Source: Eledone cirrhosa
Taxonomy: Eukaryota
NCBI GenBank assembly: GCA_964016885.1
Contig: OZ024743.1
Coordinates: forward strand, 373,612,001 to 373,676,000
Direction: 5' to 3'
DNA length: 64,000 bases
The translations under genes and the position numbers were made by a program. Position 1 is the first letter of the stretch. Each line of letters begins with the position of its first letter. This document shows, piece by piece, positions 50,654 through 64,000 of the stretch. The notes under the pieces are model-generated. The model saw nothing but the letters and a program-made list of their open reading frames with translations, made no database searches and was not told the DNA's origin.

Positions 50654-51964
50654 TTGACTGTATCTCATTGAAACACTTCAGGCAATACTTGTTTTCATCT
50701 GTACACATTTTCAAGCTTGTTTCACTGTAGTTTATATTTTTGCACCAAATTAAGGTGTTTTTCTGCCAAAGACAGTTCACTTCTTTTGGCACCTATAGTA
50801 TAAGCTTTGGCCAGTTCACTCAGATATAATTCTATTTCTATATTAATTTTGAGCTGCTATAATATAGAATATGTTAATAATTTTCTGAATTCTTGGGTGA
50901 AATGATAGATGCAAAGAGTCTTTTAGGGGACCCTGCCAATATTTATAAAAGAAGTGCCAAGTGATGTTAACTAACTTTCCTTGGTTGAATTCATTACCTT
51001 ACCTAGGAAATCAATCTCAAAACATGAGCACAAAAATGTAGCTATGTTGTTAGGGAGTTCATTTGGCAGCCATGTGGTTCTGGGTTCTGTTTCTAAGGCA
51101 TGTTATCCTGTGTAAGTTGCTTCTACTATATTATATATAGCTTTGGGTTGTCTAATGCCTTGTGATTGGAATTTGGGTGATGGCAACTCTATAGAATCAT
51201 CTTATGTGTATGTGTTTGTTTCAGAATTTATCTGTTTGACAAAATGAGATTGATGAAATTAGCACCAAACCTGTAAAAATTGTGTGCATGTGTGTGTATT
51301 TCTATATACTTATAAAAAGGAAGTTTCTTTGTTTGTATGTTGATCACTAATGACACTAAATAAAATTGATAATGATTAAGGTTTTTTTGTGTGTTTTCAA
51401 CTAATCTGACCTCCAACGAGCTGTCGTCTTATTTTCTGAAAAGAATTTGATACAGATACTATATGTTCGTTTGTCATGTTATCTATATATAGCAAGCGAA
51501 ATACTATTTCATCTCTCACTCAATCCACCTTCCCCTCTCTCTAACTAACTAAAACTTTTCTAGGTGTTTTCATTTGTTGTCAGCTGATCTGGCATCTGAC
51601 TCACTCTCCAATGAATCCTTTTTCCGAATATCTCTCTTTCTCATTCTATTTCACTCTATCTCTCTATTTCTAGGTGTCTTTCTCTATATATCTCTTTTCT
51701 ATCACTCTCAAAGAGAGATCAACATATACAGATAAAGAGAAAAAAAAGAACAGTGTGGATTTTTCACTTTTTGTCGTGGCACCAATACAGCTACTTTACA
51801 GGATGGACTGGGCATTTATTGCTGTGTCGCTAACACGAGCACCTCACAGGGTGGTCTGTCTACTTTTTGTCATGTCACCATCACAACCACCTTACAGGGT
51901 AGATTGGGTGCTCTTTGTTGTGTCACCAACCCAACCTAACCCAACCACTCCACAGGGCAGACTG

Positions 51965-52470
51965 AGATGTAATGTACTTAGAAACCTTGCCCCAAACCAG
52001 ACAATCACAGGTCAAGTGTCCTCTGAACAACTTGATCGATGGAATGAAAAATTGGAAGGAAAAGGTTCTCTCTAGTCAATGGAAAGAGTGTTATCATGAC
52101 AACACCTGACTTCATAGAGTAAGAAGTACATGTCCCAAGATTGAGGAACTTGACTGGGAAAAGCTTGTACATTCTCCACATTCTCCTGACCTTTCTCCTT
52201 CAGATTATCATTTATTCTGAAGTTTGCAACATTTTATTAATGGAAAAGAATACAATTTCTTAGAGGCACTTAAAATGGACCTACATGACTTTCCTCCTCA
52301 AAACTGTTTGATTTCTATAGGAATGGTGTAAGAAACCTTTTACAGTGTTAGAAGAATATTATTGATTGAAATGTGGAATATACACTTGATTAAATTAGTG
52401 AATAACTTGTGATTTTTATCTCTTTAAAACCTACTACCAAAAACGACATTACTTATGGGATGACCTTACA
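51965..52470 (+). mobile_element. Degenerate mariner transposase 3' remnant
   Basis: HSPHSPDLSPSDYHLF (about 52172-52220) matches the mariner YSPDLAPxDYxLF motif; HDN nearby; stops and frameshifts. Confidence 0.8.
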
Positions 52471-53871
52471 TGTGTGTGTGTGTGTATATTTATATATATA
52501 TATATACACACACATACATACACACATATATATACACATCCACACGTATATATACACACATACATATCTGAAACCTTTCAACTTTTTGGAATGACTTGTT
52601 GCAATTCAATTAGTGTTTTATATGTGAATTGAGTAATTGTTTGGACAGTTAGACTGGTCTGTAACCTTATCTACAGATAAAATTTGGCTCTGTAGATTTA
52701 TTGTCTGCTGGCTTTTGTCTATTTCCTCATCAACAACCCTTTCTTCAACTCAACTCCTCTCAACAACCCACAATTAATGGATCACTCAACCCACCTCCAC
52801 CCGGCTAGCACACCATAAGCAAATGTCCATCATCTAGGTTATCTGTTATCAAGAATTATTTCTTTTTTTTTCGCTATAGTTCTAGGCTTGTTGTTAATTC
52901 TCCAAATATTGCCTTTTTATTATCATCATCATTTTTACATTTGCTTTTCTATGTTTGCATGGGTTGGTCGGGTCCTTCTCAACATAGCATCTCTCCACTT
53001 GTTGTGTTCCTTCTTCATCTCCTCTGCCAATCTTAACGATTTGAGCTCAGCTCTCACAACCTCTGTCCAGGTGTTTCTTGGTTGTCATCTACTGCAGTTT
53101 CCTTCCACTGAGATTTCCTGCAGTTTCCTTCCACTGAGATTTCACCCATAGGTCTTCACACACGTCCATCTCGGGATTATCCTTAGCCCTTTAGCATTTA
53201 AACCAGCCGTATCTGTAGATTAGAAAAGAAAAAAAAAGTGGTCACCTGACCAGTCAAGCCACACATAATGTGACAGCTCATTTAACGCATGAAAACATGG
53301 AAAATGGATGTTAAATGATGATGATGATGGGTCAGAATTCACAGCCATACATCAGTTTTGGTATGTTGTAGCTCTGGAATGTTCTTATTCTGATATATTA
53401 AACAGCCAATAAACTGCTGGTATTTAGTCAGGAAGTTATCAATAATGTTCTTTATTGATACTGTCATAACATTTAGGAATTAATTCCTCATTACACAGTG
53501 AGATATTTGTATCAACTATATATATTGTATATACCCCCCTGCCCTACTTCACTCCTACTTTTACTGTGTACCCTAGAGATGGAGGGGATCTTCATTGTTT
53601 TGATAATTGTCTATGTTTAGAGGATGTATTGGTTGCCAGTAGTATTTGACTGGTTGTCAGTGATTAGACTATGGCCATACTGGGGCACCACCTTAAAGGG
53701 AATTTAGTCAGTTATATCAATCCCAATATATTTTTTGTAAAGTCTGGTACTTATTTTATCAACGTCCTCTTGTCAAACCACTCATTTATGGTTTATAAAC
53801 ACACACAGATCACAGACACAGACAGAGGGTTGAGAGGTTTCTTCAGTTATGCCAAGGGCATGACAACTCCC

Positions 53872-54078
53872 TTAACCTTTTAGCATTTAAACCAGCCATA
53901 TTCGGCCAGAATTCTCTCACCTCTTTCTGTTCAAACTGTCTGTAACCAGCCGTTCATACTGATGTTAAGTTATTGTTGTAAAAATAAATATCAAAATCTC
54001 ATAGATTCGATATTATGTGAGATAATTATGTGAAAATATGATAGTAAATATAGAGTAATGTAAATGTTAAAGGATTAA
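53872..54078 (+). mobile_element. piggyBac-like MITE (partial copy also at about 53183)
   Basis: TTAACCTTTTAGCATTTA...AAAGGATTAA. Confidence 0.8.
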
Positions 54079-54712
54079 TTAATGCTAGTTCTACAATAAA
54101 ACATGCCCATTACACTTGGGAATTTGGTTGGCATTAGGAAGGCCATCTGGCAGTAGAAACCATGCCAAACAAAGGGTTGCTGGACTCTACAGTTGTGTCA
54201 AAGACATAACCTTCTTAGTGCTGTTTCCATAAGATATGTTGAATATACTCTGTAAAGTACTGGGATATATGTAAAAGAGACACAGACACTCGGTTGATCA
54301 GAGAGTTCAGTGGCTCTAATTAAGTACTAACTTTGTCTGTGATGATCTGTCCAACCATATGCCATGGAAAAACAGACTTTAAATGATGATAAACACTCGA
54401 AAACTGAACAGTTTATTTTATTGTAGAACCAGTGCAGTTTTAGGCAGGTTGGTCAATATATACTCTGCTGTGTATTCATGTATTTGTGTAGCTTGTGTGT
54501 TGCTAGGTTGTAGAGATAGAAGCAATGAATGGTTGACCTTCACATGGGTTTTGGATTTTGGCATGAAAAATAAAGTTGTAGCAACCACCAGTAGCATGTG
54601 TTAAGGGTGTTATGATACTGTGTGTGTGTGTAGTTGTGTGTGTGTGTATTTGTGTAAATGTGTATCAACCACTAGTTGTGGCTATGTAAGATGGTAGGGG
54701 AGATTGTAACAC

Positions 54713-54756
<44 letters not shown>

Positions 54757-54820
54757 TACACACACACACACAAATGTGTATGGATTTGTATGTATATGTG
54801 GGAGTTTATATATATATATA

Positions 54821-55393
54821 CTAGCAGTGGTACCCAGCGTTGCACGGGATAAGGTATTTTGGAACATGGGCCACCAACAGACCTAAACATGGAAAAACTG
54901 CATGCCTGGACAATATGTAAAGAAAATAAACCGAATACTCTGATAGCTGAATAATCTTTAAGATTTTCCTCGATGAAGCAGGAAAAATGCAGGAGATCAA
55001 GAAAATGAATTTTTTTCATTTGCATAATATGCCTCAAAAAAGCCCTAAAAAGCTGAAAAAAAAATGGTTTTCACCTAATACAAGCCCTATGCCATAAAAA
55101 AGTTGGATTTTTGATGCTCACAGTATGAAGAAGAAACTGACTAATACATAGTTACAATTTCAAGGAAATGGGTCTGACGTAACGCCTAAAAAAATCCCTA
55201 AAAAGCTTAAAAAAACGCAGTTTCTCACCTAATGCGGGCCCTAGGGGATCAAAAAGTTGAATTTTATGTGCATAACACTCCCTGAAACATAAGTAATACA
55301 CATGTAAAGTTGGAAAAAAATCGGTTGGGTACTTCTCGAGTTTTAGGGATTCACACTCACACACACAGACATCCCCAGTTTTATATATATAGA
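54821..55393 (-). mobile_element. Non-autonomous Helitron
   Basis: Minus strand begins TCTATATATATAAA and ends in hairpin CCCGTGCAACGCTGGG followed by CTAG|T; internal direct repeat of about 85 bp (55031, 55183). Confidence 0.75.
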
Positions 55394-55619
55394 CTAGCAG
55401 AAAACCACCCGGTGGGTAGTTTTCTACTAGTCGATATATATTTAACACACACACAAATACAGACACACACACACATACATATATATATATACACCCATGT
55501 TCATATTTTGAGATGCATTATTCTCAAATCAGATTATTATCTCTGACAGGAAGAACCAGTTTATAATTTTTAAGAAAAATTAAACATACAGACATATTTT
55601 AGGAAACTTATGAATTCCT

Positions 55620-55661
<42 letters not shown>

Positions 55662-55912
55662 TCACACAGACACACGCACAGACAGACACACACGCATACA
55701 GACACATACGCTAACACATGCATACCATACACACACTCATACATACGCACATGCACACACGCACATACACACTTAAACATATATACATGTATATATATAG
55801 AGACACATAATATACATATATAATATATATATATAATATATATATATATATATTATATATACACACACACACATATAACACACACCCATATATAAAACGT
55901 ACACACATACAC

Positions 55913-56180
55913 AAAGGTCTCGGTCCAGTGACATTGTCTTGGAGAGGTGTAAGTGTGTGAGGTCGGAATTTATCAGCTCGTCCCAGGTTTTCCTGGGTCT
56001 GCCTACTCCGTGGCTACCGTCTAACTTTATTGCCCTGCACTTTTTTATACAGCTGTCGTCTTTCATGCGCATCACGTGACCATACCAATGTAGCCTTCTC
56101 TCGAGTAAACAACATCTGATCCCTCTTATTTCTAATTTTTCCCTTAGTTCGTTTATGCTTTGCCGTTCACGTATATTACA
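55913..56180 (-). mobile_element. RTE internal fragment truncated at both ends within microsatellites
   Basis: NIRERQSINELREKL...SLDRDL; no 3' UTR. Confidence 0.9.
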
Positions 56181-56224
56181 ACTCATCAAAGATGCATGTA
56201 TAATATGTATGTATAATATGTATG

Positions 56225-56256
<32 letters not shown>

Positions 56257-56648
56257 AGGTATAGGCAATGACTGTGAAAGACATTGACAGTTTTATATAT
56301 ACTAGTGGTCTTTTTCCATTGTTTCACAATCATAAGCTGGCGCTAATAATATACTACAAAACATTAGATTAAAGGAAAGCTTCCCATCAATAAGGGACCA
56401 CAAGTATGTAGACCTGCAGACGAGTTATGTGTGATTTATATATTTGATCACAATGTTAACATCATGACTCCAAATGTTATATTGGCCATACAGTTATGAT
56501 ATTATCGTGCCAACTCACCATATACTGAGAACAAAGAATAATTATAATGCATATCACACAACACAAAATTACATTGGAAAACATTAGTATACAATGCATC
56601 TATATTTCACAGAATTACTGAGGGGAGTAGATTTCATAACACAGTCTT

Positions 56649-56943
56649 AAAAGTCTAAAGTCTGTCTTGAGTCCAGAGGCTCATCAAGCTGGTGCTTATC
56701 TCAGCTTCTGTAGCGTGATGCGACTGAGAATACAAGATTCCATCCTGGACAGGACACCAGTCCATCGCAGGGTTAAACCCCCAGCTATTGCTGGTACTCT
56801 TTTTTGTTCAGCTGAGTATACTGGAGCAACATGAAATGAAGTGTTTTGCTCAAGAACACAACACGCAACTCTGTGCAGGAATCAAAGCCACAACATTATG
56901 ATCATAAGTCCAACACCCTTACCACTAGGCCACATGGCTCCAC
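56649..56943 (-). mobile_element. tRNA-derived SINE (family of 14722)
   Basis: Shares AAAAGTCTAAAGTCT...CCATCGCAGGGTTAAACCCCCAGCTATTGCTGGT...CCCTTACCACTAGGCCAC. Confidence 0.85.
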
Positions 56944-57179
56944 AGTACAAAGTTAAAATAAACACACAAACAGCATTCTCCAGTTGTAAATAAAAATAAA
57001 CATTTGACTAGCTACATATAAAACCTAATGGTCAAAGTGAAAATTAGAGTGGTCATGGTTACATGATATGTAAAAACCTGATAACTTTAAAGAGGTAATA
57101 ACATGCCCCAACAACACTTCATCATGAAGATGGGACATCGAAAGTGTAGAAATGTTTAAAAAATAATAATAATGATAAT

Positions 57180-57371
57180 AATTGTTTCTACTTTTGGCAC
57201 AAGGCCAGCAATTATCCCAGTGCATTACTGGTACTTTATTTTATCAACCCTGTGAGGATGAAAGGCAAAGTTAACCTTGGCGGGATTTGAACTCAGATCA
57301 TAAAGGGAGGTAACTCTATGCTTCAAAGCATGGCGTCCGACCCTCTACCGATACTACCAATCCACCGCCCC
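57180..57371 (-). mobile_element. CORE-type SINE
   Basis: Reverse complement of the 57950 family, flanked by (AAT)n-like repeats. Confidence 0.88.
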
Positions 57372-57384
57372 ATAATAATGATAA

Positions 57385-57790
57385 TAATAATGAAAATATT
57401 GTGTACAGTGCTCAGGTGCACTACAACTCATCAAAAGTGTATGTATAGTACACAGGGTTATGTACAAACGTCAGGAAAATGAACAGTGCATGAGTCATGA
57501 TATACACGTGTGTATGGAAGGGGGGCATCAGGTGTAGTTTTGGCGAATATCGGGAAGCATGAGGGTTTAAAAGGATGCAGTGTCTCGGCAGCTAACAACT
57601 GACGCAGGCAGTTTGTTCCATGCTTCAGCAACTCTAAGCGTGAAAAAATGTTTCCAAAAGTCATGGGCGCTGTGCTGTTTTCTGACTTTGTAGGCATGTC
57701 CACGTGTGTTAGACACATGGAGATCAAAAAGGTGCTCAGGGTTGTTGTTGGCAAGATGGTTAATAACTTTGTGGGTGTTTACAAACAGTT
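57385..57790 (-). mobile_element. CR1-clade LINE 3' end
   Basis: NTRGHAYK...FFTLRVAEAWNKLPASVV matches the CR1 ORF2 C-terminal TRGH...FFSxRVVxxWNxLP motif. Confidence 0.85.
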
Positions 57791-57949
57791 TTGTTTGAAA
57801 TTCGGTACAGGTATGAATCTCATTGAAGGTTCTGTGTTGGGCTGTTTCAGTGATACCTTTGATTATTAGGGGTTCATATTCCATCTTTGTTTAAGTTTGA
57901 GGCTTACCATTTTGTAGAGGATAGCATTGTATTAAATTTAATAAACTAC

Positions 57950-58134
57950 GGGCGGTGAATTGGCAGTATCGGTAGAGAGTTGGACGCCATGTTTTCTAGC
58001 ATAGTTACGTCCCTTTACAGTCTGAGTTCAAATCCCACCGAGGTTAACTTTGCCTTTCATCCTTATGGGGTCGATAAAATAAAGTACCAGTAATGTACTG
58101 GGTAATTGCTGGCCTTGTGCCTAAAGTAGAAACA
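57950..58134 (+). mobile_element. CORE-type SINE with 19-bp TSD
   Basis: ATTAAATTTAATAAACTAC at 57931-57949 and 58135-58153. Confidence 0.92.
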
Positions 58135-59291
58135 ATTAAATTTAATAAACTACAAGATGAAATATGGCAGTGGGAGGTTGTATCATTTAATGTCAAATAT
58201 GTAATTTTCCCTTTTCATACATGTTACAGAATACATGTTCACACACATGTACACGCACATGTAAACGTACACGCACACGTACATACATGCACATAAATTA
58301 CATACATGCTTACACTAATAGTAAACCGTTAGGAGGGAGATATTTCTGATATATGTGTATATGTGTGTGTGTATATATATGTATGTATAGATAGATGTAT
58401 GTGTGTGTATATATATATATATGTGTGTGTACATGTATATACACGTGTGAGTGCGTGGGCTTGTATATCAATCTAGAAAGGGTTTTTAATGACTGTTTAA
58501 TCTCTCTCTCTCCTCTCTCATTCTCTATATCCCCCCCTCTCTCTCTCTCTCTCATACACACACATGCATATTTCATGAAAGTTATATATAAAATATTCTC
58601 ATGTCATTGATCCAGCCATGCTTCACTGCAATTCCCTGCCATATTATTCAATCCATCTTCTTTTGAAAGTTGGTTAATAGCTACTCATACATACAACTAG
58701 AGATGAGGAATTAGCATCACGTTTGCACTACTTTCTCTCTCTCTCTTCTCCTCTCTTTTTCTCTCTTTTCCTCTCTTTTCCTCTCTTCTCTTTTGTTTCT
58801 CTTCTCTTCTCTTTCCTCACACTACTGCAACTCTGCATCTTTTTAAAAAAATGGTTTCAGTTATGTAGTTTAGATATTTGTCTCTCTGAGTGTGTGTGTA
58901 TGATTGTGTAAATGTGTGTGTGTTTCTGTGTGTGTACGTATGATTGTGTAAATGTGTGAGTGTTTGTGTGTGTATATATATGTGTGTGTATATATATGTG
59001 TGTATGGTTGTGTAAATGTGTGTTTGTGTGTGTGTGTGTGTGTGTGCATGTATGATTGTGTAAATGTGTGTGTGTTTATGTGTATATATGTGTGTGTATG
59101 TTTGTGACTTACTTTTCTGTCAAAATCAATGTGTAAAACAAAAATGAACACACAAAGACAATATTGTTGAATTATGTAAGTTGTTTCTGTTGCTGCTGCT
59201 GTTGTTCATGAATATTTTAAACATTACTATTATTGTTATACCTACTGTTCTCTCTTTGGTCAAACCCTGTTTTCCTTTACTCTAATGTAAA

Positions 59292-61304
59292 CCTCACATC
59301 GATCCAATAGAGGGACCAGCAGTGCAAGTTGAAGGTAGTATAATAAGTAAGGCGATCAAAGATATGAAGACAGGCAAGGCGGCTGGACCTTTGGAAATAG
59401 TTGCTGAAATGCTGAAAGCATCTGGAATGGTGGGACACACCATGGTCACCCGGATAGTAAACCAAGTCATACAGAATGGGGTTGTTCCGAAGGACTGGCG
59501 TAGCAGCATCATCATTAACTGCTACAAGGGTAAAGGAGATGCCCCAGATAGGGGAAACTATAGAGGCATTAAATTAATTAATCAGGTCATGAAGGTCACA
59601 GAAAAAGTAATAGCGCAACTAATCAGAGAGCAAATTGATCTAGATGAAATGCAGTTCGGGTTTGTGTCAGGTAAAAGTACCACAGACGCTCTTTTCATTG
59701 TACGACAACTACAGGAGAAGTACCTAGCTAAAAGTAAACCCCTATACTTAGCTTTTGTTGACTTGGAGAAAGCCTTTGACAGAGTCCCCCGTCCCATTAT
59801 CTGGTGGGCTCTCAGAAAACTAGGTGTTGACAAATGGCTTGTGAGAGCTATACAAGGCATGTATAAAGAAACAGTCAGCAAGGTTAGAATTAACAACGAA
59901 TATAGTGAAGAGTTTAGCGTAAAAGTTGGTGTTCATCAGGGCTCCGTCCTTAGCCCCCTCCTATTTATTATTGCCCTATAACAGAGGAGTTCAAGACTGG
60001 CTGCCCATGGGAACTCCTATACGCAGATGATCTAACGCTCATAGCTGAATCAATGGCTGAACTAGAGAAGAAATTCCAAACATGGAAGCACGGCCTATAA
60101 TCAAAAGGTCTTAAAATGAACCTGTCTAAGACTGAAGTTCTAGTTTGTAGGAAGGAAAATAGGGCATTGGTCCCATCTGGGAAATGGCCATGCTCAGTGT
60201 GTAGGAAAGGAGTAGGTAGAAACTCCATTTTATGTCCCAAATGCAAAGTATGTGTGCATAAAAGATGTAGTGGGATCACAGGTAAGCTAACTAAGAATAT
60301 AGATTTTATATGTGGCCGGTGCTCTGGTGCAATAAGTAGCAGCAAGTGCCCACAAAATACTAGCTCATTCCATTGCACAGATGGTTCTATAGAAATAGTG
60401 GACACCTTCCGTTACCTGGGTGACAAAATCAGCAGTGGTGGAGGGTGCTCTGAAAGTACAGTAGCTAGAGTCAGAACGGGATGGAAGAAGTTCAGAGAGC
60501 TTATACCACTATTCGCCGCTAAAGGTTTCTCTCTAAAAATCAAAGGCAGGCTGTATGATGCCTGAATACGAACAGCAATGTTACATGGCAGTGAGACTTG
60601 GGCATTGTGTGCAGAGGATATATGCAGACTGGAGAGGAACGAAGCTTGCATGCTCCGTTGGATGTGTAATAGTAATATACGTGAATGGCAAAGCATAAAC
60701 GAACTAAGGCAGAAATTAGGAATAAGAGGGATCAGATGTTGTTTACTCGAGAGAAGACTACGTTGGTATGGTCACGTGATGCGCAGGAAAGAGGACAGCT
60801 GTATAAAAAAGTGCAGGGCGATCAAAATAGATGGTAGCCACGGAGTAGGCAGACCCAGAAAAACCTGGGACGACTTGATAAATTCCGACCTCACACACTT
60901 ATACCTCTCCAAGACAATGTCACTGGACGGAGATCTTTGGCGCTACACAGTAATACAGAAGACCCGCCTTGCCTAAGTACAAAGTGAAACCTACAGTCAG
61001 TAGGCACCTCTTAACAAAAATACACCCCGTCCCACTACCCCCACCCCATCCACACCACCCCTTTCGATGTAAAGTTATGTTGGTACCACAACATCCAGTC
61101 CGAAATAAATGAGGTTGTGTAGGTGTCACGACAAAAAAACACACAGTCCACGCTGTAATGTGGCCGTGTAGGTAACATGGTAAAAACCTCCCAGTCCACA
61201 CTGTAAACGTGGTTGGTGTTAGGAAGGGCATCCAGCCGTAGAAAACCTGCCAGACAGAACTATACGAGCAAGACAACCAATCTTGCCTCAAGTGGGAAAA
61301 TTCC
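59292..61304 (+). mobile_element. RTE LINE, 5'-truncated, with stops and a frameshift; 3' end replaced by a SINE
   Basis: ORFs 59322, 60116 and 60578 cover the RT, finger and C-terminus; 3' UTR stops at GTGGGAAAATTCCC. Confidence 0.95.
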
Positions 61305-61495
61305 CGGTGGTGGATGGCAGTATCGGTAGAGGGTCGGACGCCATGCTTTGCAGCAGAGAGTTACGGTCCTTTATGGTCTGCATTCAAATCCCGCCGAGGT
61401 TAACTTTGCTTTTCATCCTTACGGGGTCGATAAAATAAAGTACCAGTAATGCACTGGGTATTTGCTGGCCTTGTGCCAAAAGTAGAAACAATTAT
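61305..61495 (+). mobile_element. CORE-type SINE
   Basis: GGTGGTGGATGGCAGTATCGGTAGAG...GCCTTGTGCCAAAAGTAGAAACAATTAT. Confidence 0.88.
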
Positions 61496-61907
61496 CATTG
61501 TTGACAAAGAGGTAAACACTTGAGTTCAATTTTCTCTTTCATTTTTCTGGAGTTAATAAAATACTAGTAAAATACTGGGTCTTTCCCTTCCCTGCAAAAT
61601 TTCTGGCATTCTGCCTAAATTAGAAATCATCCCCATCATCATTATATAACTAGGGGTTAAAATATTTCTGTCCCACTGAGGTCAACTTTGTCTTTCATTC
61701 TCCCGAGGGTGATGTAACAGTGGAGATTTCTGGTGTCCCTACACACCATTATCGGTACAGAGTTGGCTACCTGCAGGTGTGAGCCTCGGAGATGGAATGG
61801 CTCTTCCAACTCGTCTCCCTCACCATCGTCTGGGGAATATCTTCTCTATTCTGTCCACAAGGACTGTGGAGCAGCTAGTGCCTGTGCTTCTGTTTGTTTA
61901 TAATAGT

Positions 61908-62573
61908 GAGAGATGGGGAGAGCAAGAGAGATGGAGGCAGTGAGAGAGATGGAGGCAGTGAGAAAGATGGGGAGAGCAAGAGAGATGGAGGCAGTGAGAG
62001 AGATGGGGAGAGCAAGAGAGATGGAGGCAGTGAGAAATATGGGGAGAGCAAGAGAGATGGAGGCAGTGAGAGAGATGGGGAGAGCAAGAGAGATGGAGGC
62101 AGTGAGAGAGATGGGGAGAGCAAGAGAGATGGAGGCAGTGAGAGAGATGGGGAGAGCAAGAGAGATGGAGGCAGTGAGAAATATGGGGAGAGCAAGAGAG
62201 ATGGAGGCAGTGAGAGAGATGGGGAGAGCAAGAGAGATGGAGGCAGTGAGAGAGATGGGGAGAGCAAGAGAGATGGAGGCAGTGAGAGAGATGGGGAGAG
62301 CAAGAGAGATGGAGGCAGTGAGAGAGATGGGGAGAGCAAGAGAGATGGAGGCAGTGAGAGAGATGGGGAGAGCAAGAGAGATGGAGGCAGTGAGAAATAT
62401 GGGGAGAGCAAGAGAGATGGAGGCAGTGAGAGAGATGGGGAGAGCAAGAGAGATGGAGGCAGTGAGAGAGATGGGGAGAGCAAGAGAGATGGAGGCAGTG
62501 AGAGAGATGGGGAGAGCAAGAGAGATGGAGGCAGTGAGAGAGATGGGGAGAGCAAGAGAGATGGAGGCAGTGA
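61908..62573. repeat. 36-bp purine-rich minisatellite (two 18-bp subunits), about 18 units
   Basis: AGAGATGGGGAGAGCAAG+AGAGATGGAGGCAGTGAG; explains the RDGESKRDGGSE-type ORFs. Confidence 0.97.
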
Positions 62574-63205
62574 CTATACCAGCATTGCTGAAGTATTTTG
62601 TGAAGAATAATTACATAAGAAAAAATATCAACATTGCACTTTACTTAAATACAGTGTAGGTCAACTGGTCAACTTTGCCTTTTAGGGTTGATAAAATAAA
62701 GTACCAGTAACATACTAGGGTTGATATAATTGCCTTTTTCCTTACTCCCAAATTGCTGGCCTTGAACTAATGCTAGAAACAAAAAAAATTCTTATTCTTG
62801 ATGTTGTAGTTGTTAAAAATATCATTTGTTGTCAATATAGTAAACTGTCACTACAAGCTAATGGTAGGTAGTGGTTTTATGTAGGAAATGGTGGGATCGA
62901 TTGTGTCAAGAGTTAGTTGCTCCTGTTAGCTGTTCCCATGTTGATGCTAACTCATTCCTCCTCCTCCTCCTCATCCTTGATATAGTCAGCCAGCCCCCTC
63001 TACACCCCATCCTGAACATATGCTTCATGCTCCATTGCTCTTACTGCTATTTATTGCTCTCTGTTTTAGCTCCCTTTCTCTTTCATCTCTATATTTCACC
63101 CTCTCTCTTTTTACCTATCTATGTATGTATCTATCTATCTATGTATGTATCTATCTATCTATCTACTATCTGTATGTATCTATCTATCTATCTATCTATA
63201 TATAT

Positions 63206-64000
63206 TGTTTAAATGCGCGTGGCCTGGGCTCAACTTGGAAGCAAGCAATGCTTCTAAATGACCTCAGGTCACAACGTATAGATGTGATGGTTATTTGCGA
63301 GGCCCGGATCAGCAACGTGCGACAGCTGGCCCCCACCTTTGATGACTTTGAGATGCACGCATCTCTCTGTCAGCCTGGAGGTGGGGGTGGAGTTGTCGTT
63401 CTGCTGCAAAAACATCTGGGTCTCGCAACACAGATGGTACATTTGGACCCGGAGGGTCGACTAGTGGTTCTGGACCTTGGCAGTGGTAAAGGCGGAGCGT
63501 TTAGGTTGGTAGCCGCCTACGGCCCTTTCGGGTCAATGCGGCCGGACTTCTTCCATCGTCTGGAGACTTTTCTAGGGACGTCCCGCTCCTTGCTATTAGT
63601 GGGGGACTGGAATGGTATCCTAGATGCACGTTGGGACTACGTAGGGGCCTGCCCCGATAGAGAGGGGTGTAATAGCCTCAAAGGGTTAATCGGTCGATTT
63701 GACCTGGCCGATAGATATCGACTAGATTTTCCGACTGCGCCAACCTGGACTTGGGCAAATCGTAGCGGATCATCTAGGTCGTACCTAGATAGGTTCTTAG
63801 TTAGAATTAAGGATAAGGAATTTTTAAGTTGTCCAAAAATGCGCATTGTTGGCTATTCAGACCACAAATTAGTGACCTGCATGGTCAACCTTGACAGAAC
63901 TCATAGACAGGGCCCCGGTTACTGGAAGCTCAACTTGTCCTTGCCGGCAAGTAGAGCCTACAGGAATCGGATTAGTACGTTAGTTAAGGAACGGTTGACT
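63206..64000 (+). mobile_element. L1/Tx1-type LINE ORF2 APE endonuclease, open to the window end
   Basis: My translation gives CLNARGL...DPEGRLVVLD...VGDWNGILD...TWTW...SYLDRFLV...SDHKLV...GPGYWKLN with no stop over 265 codons; begins at a (TA)/(TATC) tract. Confidence 0.9.

Noticed and set aside
61721-61880. GC-richer segment with AG|...CAG|GT (VEISGVPTHHYRYRVGYLQ)
   Set aside because: No resemblance to the expected next BLTP1 sequence and weak splice sites; possibly a retroelement remnant, but unsupported.

Overview
AT-rich, microsatellite-dense animal genomic DNA; the SINE/RTE repertoire resembles that of an octopus or other coleoid cephalopod (inference, not verified). The window lies inside one large + strand gene, BLTP1 (KIAA1109/tweek, bridge-like lipid transfer protein). 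Six phase-compatible exons of its conserved C-terminal region lie at 21947-43719, preceded by a probable 321-nt exon (15446-15766) and a candidate 9-nt microexon (12420-12428). The introns contain a 32-bp satellite of about 10 kb or more, several minisatellites and nine young RTE-clade LINE copies carrying a PHD-type finger inside the RT. They also contain tRNA/CORE-type SINEs, piggyBac-like and hAT MITEs, mariner relics, a non-autonomous Helitron, a CR1 3' end and an open L1/Tx1-type endonuclease. The most unusual signal is two unrelated 320-375 bp fold-back elements in (TA)n tracts (33141-33644, 39745-40147). Each arm carries a type-I hammerhead-ribozyme-like motif with a long stem II, and a third minimal hammerhead lies at about 34445; these look like Penelope-like (PLE) pLTR or retrozyme-type elements. 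Also notable: three consecutive exons are each bracketed by inverted near-identical RTE copies, and an array of about 80 STAR/QKI-type motifs lies upstream of one exon. All calls were made by eye; no database search or folding program was run.
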